Positions 20,467-27,901 of a stretch of DNA of 64,000 nucleotides are shown one piece after another; positions within the stretch are counted from its first letter, which is position 1, and the number at the start of each line of letters is the position of its first letter. A program made the translations under genes and the position numbers. The notes beneath the pieces are model-generated. The model had not been told where the DNA came from, ran no database searches, and saw only the letters and a program-made list of their open reading frames with translations. Source of the stretch: Candidatus Cloacimonadales bacterium (GTDB taxonomy: Bacteria > Cloacimonadota > Cloacimonadia > Cloacimonadales > JAFGVF01); the NCBI GenBank assembly GCA_963663475.2, contig CAXXJV010000001.1, forward strand, positions 1,664,001-1,728,000. The letters run 5' to 3'.

Positions 20467-21220
20467 ATCAAAACTGCCGATATTCCAGTTGTAAAAATTC
20501 TCAGAAAATACTATTAAAAAAAAAGGTTTCTATGTTTATTTATTGCAAGATCCAAGAAATTCAAAAATTTTCTACATTGGTAAAGGACAAGGAACCAGAG
20601 TTTTTAAGCATGTTAGAGGAGCAATAGATAATCCAGTAGATGCTGACAAAATTAAGTTAATAAAGGAAATTAAGCAAGAATCTTCTGTTAGACATTATAT
20701 TATAAGGCATGGTTTAGAAAATGCAGAACTTGCCTTTGAGATTGAATCTACATTAATAGATTTATTTACTAACAAAAACTTCGTAGATTTAGCTAACATT
20801 ACTAATATTTTAGCTGGTCATAATGCTGAAGCAAGAGGAATAAAAACTGTAGAAGAAATTGAAGCTTTATATTCAGCTGAGCCGATAGAAATAAAAGATA
20901 TCAAACACAATATCTTGATAATAAACATAAACAAGAATTATTCTACTAGTGAAAATATTTATGAAGCTACAAGAAAATACTGGAAATTAGATATAAGAAA
21001 TGCTGAAAAAGTAGATTATGTCTTAGCAGAATATAGAGGTATTATTAGAGCAATATTTAAGCCACTCAAATGGTTAAGATATGAGAAACAGAAAAGAGTC
21101 TATTTTGAAGGAGAAAAGATTGCTGATGAATACATAAACACCTTATATCTTAATAAAAGTTTAGATTTCAAAACTAAAGGAACCCAGAATCCGCTTAGGT
21201 ATGTTTGGGTAAGAAAATAG
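20467..21220 (+). CDS. LEM-3-like GIY-YIG nuclease-domain protein with disrupted 5' end
   Basis: FYVYLLQDPRNSKIFYIGKG..RVFKH, EIESTLI, NILAGH; the YVY half-motif lies upstream of the listed TTG start and is preceded by an in-frame TAA. Confidence 0.7.
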
Positions 21221-21281
21221 GTGTTAATTCTGGATAAATATAAAGTATAATTTTAATCTAATGACATAGAGGGATTTAACA

Positions 21282-21605
21282 ATGATTAACAATAATGAAA
21301 TACTTATATACAAAAGTAATGATGGAAGCTCTGATATCTCAGTGAGATTAGAGAATGAAACTGTTTGGTTAACCATAGACCAAATGGCAGAACTCTTTGA
21401 TAAAAGTCGTTCCACTATCAACGAGCACATTCTAAATATCTATAAAGAAGAAGAACTATTAAAAGAAGATACAATAAGAAAAATCGGAAAATCCGATTTT
21501 TCGACTAAACCAATAATTCCTATAACTAAAATGTCATTACCGTAGCAGGTTATAGAGTTGAATCTGTTAGAGAGAGTCGCTTTAGTCAATGGGCAACTAA
21601 AGAAC
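21282..21605 (+). pseudogene. RhuM-family DNA-binding protein N-terminal fragment
   Basis: ETVWLTIDQMAELFDKSRSTINEHILNIYKEEEL, then frameshift to VITVAGYRVESVRESRFSQWAT and truncation. Confidence 0.8.
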
Positions 21606-21694
21606 ATGTGAGTATATAGTTAAATAGATTTAACATAAATGTTATTTCTTTGAACTGAATTCTTTTTTTGCAAGTATTAATCAAGAATAGACAT

Positions 21695-21743
21695 TGGTTC
21701 TAAATGAAGGCGGTTTTTTGTATTTTGCCTTCAAAAAGAACCA
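21695..21743. promoter_or_regulatory. Inverted repeat upstream of AbiEi-like gene, candidate operator
   Basis: TGGTTCT..ATGAAGGC ... GCCTTCA..AGAACCA, ending 13 bp before the ATG. Confidence 0.55.
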
Positions 21744-21756
21744 GTAAGGATTAACT

Positions 21757-22332
21757 ATGAATTTACAAGACTTTTTCTATAAGCATAATGGCTATACCAG
21801 AATGAAGGATTTGAAAGAGAATGGATTTCACACCAGAGTTATTGCAAAAGCTCTGAATGATAACATTATTGAAAAAGTTAAACCAGGATTATATAAGCTA
21901 GTAGATTATGAGTGGGATGAGAACAGTAGCTTTGTTGATATTACTAAAGTAAGCTTCAAGGCAGTAATCTGTCTAAATTCTGCTCTTCATTACTACAATC
22001 TCTCGACAATAAACCCTAATCTTGTACATGTTGCTGTCCCAAATAATACAGCAAGATTTTCTCTTGATTACTATCCAGTAAAGCTGTTCTATTTCTCTGA
22101 TACAATATATCCACTAGAAATAATAGAAGTTAAAGAGGCTAATGGTTCTTTCAAGATTTACTCAATAGAGAAAACAATCTGTGATGCTTTTAGATATCGT
22201 AAAAGAATAGGAGAAGATCTTGCTCTTGAAGCTCTGAAAAATTATGTATGTAGTAGAAAATCAGATTTAAATAGGCTATATAAAGTAGCTAAAGAATGTA
22301 AGATGAGTGAAGTTATTAATCACTTCTTTTGA
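21757..22332 (+). CDS. Type IV TA AbiEi-family antitoxin (no toxin partner downstream)
   Basis: N-terminal wHTH IEKVKPGLY, ICLNSALHYYNL, YSIEKTICDAFRYR. Confidence 0.85.
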   Translation: MNLQDFFYKHNGYTRMKDLKENGFHTRVIAKALNDNIIEKVKPGLYKLVDYEWDENSSFVDITKVSFKAVICLNSALHYYNLSTINPNLVHVAVPNNTARFSLDYYPVKLFYFSDTIYPLEIIEVKEANGSFKIYSIEKTICDAFRYRKRIGEDLALEALKNYVCSRKSDLNRLYKVAKECKMSEVINHFF

Positions 22333-22440
22333 CTCTCTCCCCACCACTTACTACAGGCTGTGGATTTTTACTTATTAAATACTCCTTAATAGACTGTATT
22401 TCACTTTATAATATTTAAATTATTAAGAGGATTATCTATT

Positions 22441-23112
22441 CTACAAATATTTTACATCAATAAACAGGTCTATCATGTACTTTGATAATTTATGCCTATT
22501 GATACCCAAAAAGCATTTCATGACTTTTATAGCAGCTTCCCACTCACACTGGAAAGTTGGTCCATCAACTGTTTGGTCATTTATGAAGTATACATTAACC
22601 AGATATGCTGGTACTTTGTTAATTTCTCTTAAGAAATATAAATGAGCTAATCTATTAGTATATTGGTAAAAACGACTGCTCCAATCTATTGTATTATCAA
22701 TTTTTAAAAATTTCTTAGTTTCGTTTAATGAAGTAGTTATTAAGTCTAAAGATTTTGCACTTGTAGCTTTTGTTCCAGACGAAACCATTTCAGGAATATT
22801 TGCTTTTGCTTCAATCAAGAAGACTTCTCCAGTTTTTGCTTTTCCTAACGCGTCCCACTGCGGTCCTCTTACAGGCCAAAATTTATTAAGAGTTGTAGTT
22901 AGGGTTAGACCAAGCAAAGAAACAAAATCATCATCGCGATATTCAGCATAATTATCAGTGTATAAAGGTGATACCCAATTAATATTTAAAGGTTCTTTTT
23001 TTGATAATTCTTTGCAAATTAGTTTATTTAAGAGGTATGAATTATTATTTACAAGAGTCTGTATGTCTTTTAGACTTCCATTACTATTTCCATTTTGTTC
23101 TGTTCGGCTCAT
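22441..23112 (-). CDS. Hypothetical PD-(D/E)XK nuclease-like protein
   Basis: PQWDALG...LIEAKA and downstream YQ..NR motif; RBS AAGGAG. Confidence 0.6.
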   Translation of the reverse strand: MSRTEQNGNSNGSLKDIQTLVNNNSYLLNKLICKELSKKEPLNINWVSPLYTDNYAEYRDDDFVSLLGLTLTTTLNKFWPVRGPQWDALGKAKTGEVFLIEAKANIPEMVSSGTKATSAKSLDLITTSLNETKKFLKIDNTIDWSSRFYQYTNRLAHLYFLREINKVPAYLVNVYFINDQTVDGPTFQCEWEAAIKVMKCFLGINRHKLSKYMIDLFIDVKYL

Positions 23113-23317
23113 TTTAACTCCTTATATTTACATTACTTATTTGATAAAGGTTATCTACGTATCTGTGATTTTAAAATACAATACTCTAATCTAACATTAC
23201 TACTAGCTTTGAACTAACATTAATAAACTTACATTCATTGTAAAATCCTGTCAAACTAAATCATAAATAAATAACAAATAAGCTCTTATTCACCCAAATA
23301 CCGCCACTTCTTTTGCC

Positions 23318-23438
23318 ATGCAACCGTAATCCAGGCAAAACAATATAACGATAATTCATTATTTAACAATATCATAAATAGAATTATGATTAATCCTAAG
23401 CAAAAGCTCAAACCCACTTATAACAACAGAAACTAAGC
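23318..23438 (+). repeat. Second, shortened copy of the att region
   Basis: CATGCAACCGT, TCCTAAGCAAAAGCTCA (identical to 19327-19343) and ACCCACTTATAACAACA.AAACTAAGCT (matches ~19679-19708). Confidence 0.7.
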
Positions 23439-23816
23439 TCTTCGTTTTATCCCACCTCCTAATACTCTTCAGGAAATAAGATAGTGCCAATATATCTATC
23501 TCCATAGTTGTCTATTCAGGCTGTTGATAAACCCATTAATTCTTGAATTGACTCAGACACTAAACTACATCTAGGTAGTTTAGAAATCTTATTAAAGTCG
23601 CTATATCTTTGTACAAACTCTTCACTGCAGTTTATTTAAGTACTATTTTTATTTAAAGAAGTATCTGCAATCTTGCCTAAAATTCTTCTCCATTCTTTTG
23701 GTTTAAATTCTAATTGATTATCTAGATTTAACTAAGTGATCATAATAATATAATTATTAGTTGCGACTAACAAAAACCTATTTATATTATTTCTACTAAA
23801 CATAAGGAGTAGAAAA

Positions 23817-25037
23817 ATGAAACATAGATTTGTAATAATTTTCTTTTTAGCTCTAGCTAGCACGCTTATAGGTCAGGACTTTTCTTTTGAAGATTTGATT
23901 GGAGATTGGGAAGGAGAAATTACCAGTGAAACAACCTATCAATGGAATTCTCCTACTAATATAAGTATTTATGCAGATGGTTTTTATACTGAATCTACTG
24001 GCATTTTAATGCCTTCAATATATCCGAATACTCAAGAAGTTACTTATGATGCTACTACAAATAGAGTGCATTTTAAATATCTTTATCTTGTTTATGCAGG
24101 ACAACACACTTATCAACATCACTACTTTGAACTCATTTCCTATAATGGAAATGATATCGAAATGCACTATAATTTTTGGGATGATACTCAAGCCCATCCT
24201 GAAGTAATGACTATTACTCTTTCCAGAGTGAATGTTGAAGAATATGGAAGTCTGTCAGGCTCAGTATATGATAATTATTCTTTAAGCCCACTTTCATATG
24301 TTAACATTGAAATTGGTCAATATACAACTACAACCGATATGTATGGTTCTTATAATATAGAACTACCAGTTGGCACATATCAGATTTCTCTCAATCATCC
24401 AGGTTATCAAGAAATTATACTAAATGATATCATGGTATATCCTAATGAAAATAATCCTATTAATATTGGACTAGATAATCTTATAATTCCTCCTTCCTCA
24501 TTAACTTATCAGCTCGATGAGAATAACATTGTTTTGAATTGGTCCCTTCCTCAAGCTTATAATCTAACAGGATATAACATATACATGAATGATCAAATTA
24601 TTGATACAGTAATGGAAAATACTTATTCGTCAAGTATAGCTAATGGTGAATTTTCCTTCTATGTAACAGCTTTATATGGTCAAGTTGAATCAGAAGCTTC
24701 CAACATAATCAATGTTACAGTTCAGCAGGTAACTAGTAATTCTAATCAAGTGTCCGAACTATCAGAGTTAACTCTAAATAATTATCCAAATCCTTTCAAT
24801 CCTTCAACATCAATTAGTTTTAATTTGCCTGAGAACTCACGAGTAAACTTAGCAATATATGACCTTAAGGGAAGAAAAGTAACTGAATTAATTAATCAAG
24901 AATTGCTTAAGGGACAGCATTCTTATAAATGGAATGGTAGGGATAGTAAAAATAGATCTTTAGCTAGCGGAATATATTTCTATACTTTACGTACTAATAA
25001 TGCTAGTTTAACAAAAAAGATGATAATGCAAAAATAA
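23817..25037 (+). CDS. Secreted protein with carboxypeptidase-regulatory-like, FN3 and FlgD/T9SS-like CTD
   Basis: Signal peptide; GSLSGSVYD...TTDMYGSY..LPVGTY; WSLP..GYNIY; NYPNPFNPSTSI...KKMIMQK. Confidence 0.85.
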   Translation: MKHRFVIIFFLALASTLIGQDFSFEDLIGDWEGEITSETTYQWNSPTNISIYADGFYTESTGILMPSIYPNTQEVTYDATTNRVHFKYLYLVYAGQHTYQHHYFELISYNGNDIEMHYNFWDDTQAHPEVMTITLSRVNVEEYGSLSGSVYDNYSLSPLSYVNIEIGQYTTTTDMYGSYNIELPVGTYQISLNHPGYQEIILNDIMVYPNENNPINIGLDNLIIPPSSLTYQLDENNIVLNWSLPQAYNLTGYNIYMNDQIIDTVMENTYSSSIANGEFSFYVTALYGQVESEASNIINVTVQQVTSNSNQVSELSELTLNNYPNPFNPSTSISFNLPENSRVNLAIYDLKGRKVTELINQELLKGQHSYKWNGRDSKNRSLASGIYFYTLRTNNASLTKKMIMQK

Positions 25038-25049
25038 TCTAAAAATACT

Positions 25050-25085
25050 AATAAAGCTCTAACCAGCAATGATTAGAGCTTTATT
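25050..25085. terminator. Bidirectional terminator between convergent genes
   Basis: AATAAAGCTCTAA-N10-TTAGAGCTTTATT. Confidence 0.7.
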
Positions 25086-25090
25086 CCAAA

Positions 25091-27406
25091 CTAAAAATTC
25101 CCATCCTCTTTTTCTCTCATTTTTTTCAACTTTCTACTCAAAGAATAAGGGGTAATACCTAATAATTCAGCTGCTTTTTTTTGGAGATTATTGGATAATC
25201 TGAGAGCTTTATCTATAATATAAGCTTCGCATTCAGCTAAATTCAAGGATGGTAAATCTGGGTGATTATCACAAATATTGCATGTAGTCCGAGGTAGGCT
25301 GATGCTATCAACATCAATTACTGAACTTTTTGAAAGAAGCAGAGCTCTCTGCAAGATATTCTTCAATTCTCTAATATTACCTGGATAGTCATATGCAACA
25401 AGTAAGTCCAAAGCTTCCTTAGTAATAATTGGGGTTGATAGTCCTTGATTTATAGAAAGAGTATTCAAATAATAATCTATCAATAATGGTATGTCATCTT
25501 GTCTTTCACGTAGAGGGGGGAGCTGAATTTCCATAACATTTATTCTATTTAAAAGGTCAAAACGAAAATTATTAGCCAATGCCATGGCCGAAAGATCCTT
25601 GTTTGTAGCAGATATTAGACGGAAATCAACCTTTATATCTTTAGTAGAACCGATTCTATTAATAACTTTTTCTTCAATTACACGGAGAAACTTTGATTGC
25701 ATTTTCAGAGGCATATCACCAATTTCATCTAAGAAAAGACTACCTGTGTGGGCAGCTTCAAAATAACCAATTTGCTTATTTGCTGAACCAGTAAATGATC
25801 CTTTCTCACTACCAAAGAAAGCGCTTTCTATCAGAGAAGTTGCAAAAGCTGCACTGTTAACCGAGATAAAAGGATTTTCCTTTTTCTTACTAGCATAGTG
25901 AATCAGCCTAGCGATAGCTTCTTTACCAGTACCAGTCTCGCCAATAATTAAAACAGGGAGCTTATCACTATTAGCCACCATCATGGCCTGATAGATTACA
26001 TTTTGCATCTGAGCATTAGATCCAATAAGAGGGCTTTTCAGAAGTTTCTGCAATTCCTGAGATATTAGTGAAGTATTGGCATATGAGTTATAGCTGTTTA
26101 AAGTTTTCTGAGGCTTTTCATAGTCTTCTTTAATTGCCTTAATTTCAGCTTTATATTCTTCATTTTTTAGTTTCATCTTGATCTCATTTGCTAGTTTATA
26201 GTGCTTATAAGATTCCTTTATATTACCTTGAATCTCCAAAATTTCACTCAATAAACTATGATTTTTAGCAAGTTCATTCTGAAGGTTAAGTTCTTCAGCA
26301 AGTGCTTGAGCTTCCTTAAGTACAGGTAATGATTTAGAATATTTTTTCAAGCCCATATTACTAATTGCTATACCCTGCAAAATGACCAATTTATGTCTTT
26401 TATCATCTGTATCAGAATTGCAGTTAAGAGCAGAATTATATAGCTTTAAGGCGGAAGTAAACTGCTGTTGTTTTATCTTTAAATTAGCTAAATTTATCAT
26501 GATACTTGCTTTATCATTATAGTATTCTAGTGAATTGGCACAAGCTAAAGCCTCTTTCAAAAGCTTTTCTGCTTTATCATTATTATGGAGAACTCTATAG
26601 CAATTAGCTGAATTTATTGCCATAGTAATATAGGTATCAGGATCAGATTCTCTTAACTTACTAGATAGAAAAGGCTCAAAATAAGTCAGAGCTTCCTCAT
26701 GATTGCCGATTGATCCATAAGCTATACCTAAATTGTTACAAATAGAAAGATAATTATCACTAGATTGGTCTTCAATCCTCTTTTTAGCTTCTAGGAAGAA
26801 GTGGATAGCTTGTTTTAGCTTGCCCCACATAGCAGATATTCTACCCAAGCCAGTATAAGCTAAGGATAATACTTCTTCATTATTGATTTTTAAACCATAC
26901 TGCATGCCCAATTGATAATAATTAAAAGCTTGATCTAATTGTCCGTTACTCTCATAAATGAATCCTACATTTGAGTAACGACCTGTAAAATTATTAATAT
27001 TTCCAATCTCTTCAAGAATATCTATGCTTGCCTTTCCTTGAGTAATTGCTGAGTCTAAATCATTAAACATCCATAAGATGTAACTAAGATCAGCACAAAT
27101 TTCAGCTCTCTTAATATCTTTATTGAGATAAGAAGAATATTTTAGATAACCCTGGTAGATTTCCTGAAAGTTTTGCCCTTGTGCATAATATCTTATTGCA
27201 TGAAAAATTTGCAGATAGCTTTCTGTTAAAAGATTGCTAACTTGCTTTGGTAAAAGTGGGTCAAAATCTAAATACTGGTCAACTAGTTCTATTATTCTTT
27301 CATAATGATCGAGATAATTCATGTCTTTGTTTTCAACACAAACTTTCAGCTCATGCAGATTAGCTTCTAAACTTTGCAATCTACTTGTGTTTTTTTTTGT
27401 GGCCAT
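25091..27406 (-). CDS. TPR-repeat sigma54-dependent transcriptional activator (bEBP) with Fis HTH
   Basis: Multiple TPRs (YSNVGFIY, YTGLGRI, NNLGIAY, INLANL); GETGTGKE, GSFTGS, LFLDEI, YPGNIREL, AAELLGI; start ATG 27406 behind GGAGG. Confidence 0.92.
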   Translation of the reverse strand: MATKKNTSRLQSLEANLHELKVCVENKDMNYLDHYERIIELVDQYLDFDPLLPKQVSNLLTESYLQIFHAIRYYAQGQNFQEIYQGYLKYSSYLNKDIKRAEICADLSYILWMFNDLDSAITQGKASIDILEEIGNINNFTGRYSNVGFIYESNGQLDQAFNYYQLGMQYGLKINNEEVLSLAYTGLGRISAMWGKLKQAIHFFLEAKKRIEDQSSDNYLSICNNLGIAYGSIGNHEEALTYFEPFLSSKLRESDPDTYITMAINSANCYRVLHNNDKAEKLLKEALACANSLEYYNDKASIMINLANLKIKQQQFTSALKLYNSALNCNSDTDDKRHKLVILQGIAISNMGLKKYSKSLPVLKEAQALAEELNLQNELAKNHSLLSEILEIQGNIKESYKHYKLANEIKMKLKNEEYKAEIKAIKEDYEKPQKTLNSYNSYANTSLISQELQKLLKSPLIGSNAQMQNVIYQAMMVANSDKLPVLIIGETGTGKEAIARLIHYASKKKENPFISVNSAAFATSLIESAFFGSEKGSFTGSANKQIGYFEAAHTGSLFLDEIGDMPLKMQSKFLRVIEEKVINRIGSTKDIKVDFRLISATNKDLSAMALANNFRFDLLNRINVMEIQLPPLRERQDDIPLLIDYYLNTLSINQGLSTPIITKEALDLLVAYDYPGNIRELKNILQRALLLSKSSVIDVDSISLPRTTCNICDNHPDLPSLNLAECEAYIIDKALRLSNNLQKKAAELLGITPYSLSRKLKKMREKEDGNF

Positions 27407-27424
27407 AAGACCTCCTAGCGATAA

Positions 27425-27460
27425 TGCAATTAATTGCAGTAATAATTGCATAAGTGCAAT
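27425..27460. promoter_or_regulatory. Paired palindromes, candidate upstream activator sequences
   Basis: TGCAATTAATTGCA (27425-27438) and ATTGCATAAGTGCAAT (27445-27460), 110-145 bp upstream of the sigma54 site; next to minus-strand TTGACA (27465-27470). Confidence 0.6.
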
Positions 27461-27567
27461 AGAATGTCAAGTCAAATACTAATAATTCTTATGCTTATAA
27501 AAGTACTTTCTTAGTAAGATATTAATTATCAAGGCATTAGGAATGATACTTATAAGCTTATTATTTT

Positions 27568-27583
27568 TGGAATCATAAATGCA
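27568..27583 (+). promoter_or_regulatory. sigma54 -24/-12 promoter
   Basis: T-GG-AATCATAAAT-GC-A (GG-N10-GC), divergent from a bEBP gene. Confidence 0.7.
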
Positions 27584-27594
27584 GTTAATGTTAT

Positions 27595-27675
27595 TAACTC
27601 AAGATAATGCAGTAGATCTAAGCGAATAGCAGAATCTAACATCTTCAGCAAAGTTCTGCTGCCTCATTCGATTTA
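27595..27675. mobile_element. Internally deleted ERIC-like MITE (81 bp)
   Basis: TAACTCAAGATAATGCAGTAGA...AAAGTTCTGCTGCCTCATTCGATTTA keeps both ends of the ~167-bp element; abuts RBS AAGGAG. Confidence 0.7.
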
Positions 27676-27687
27676 AGGAGTGTATAT

Positions 27688-27888
27688 ATGAAAGAAAATG
27701 ATAATTGCACTGTAAGTGAATTACAGGAGAAATGGTTAGATGATACTAACTGTTTAATTGGATTTACTGTTACTTATAGTAATGGAAGAATAGAAAATCA
27801 GATGAGAAACTGCAACAAAGAAACTTATCTAAGAGAAAAAGCAGAACTTAATTATTTAAGAAAGAAATTTTTAACAGAAAAAAACTAA
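27688..27888 (+). CDS. Small (66 aa) protein, first gene of putative sigma54 operon
   Basis: RBS AAGGAG, 13 bp before the secreted-protein gene; positional counterpart of 34393-34596. Confidence 0.7.
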   Translation: MKENDNCTVSELQEKWLDDTNCLIGFTVTYSNGRIENQMRNCNKETYLREKAELNYLRKKFLTEKN

Positions 27889-27901
27889 ATGGAGAAAAAA
27901 G

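Noticed and set aside
20439-20627. 62-aa ORF
   Set aside because: Off-frame overlap with the GIY-YIG gene's 5' region.
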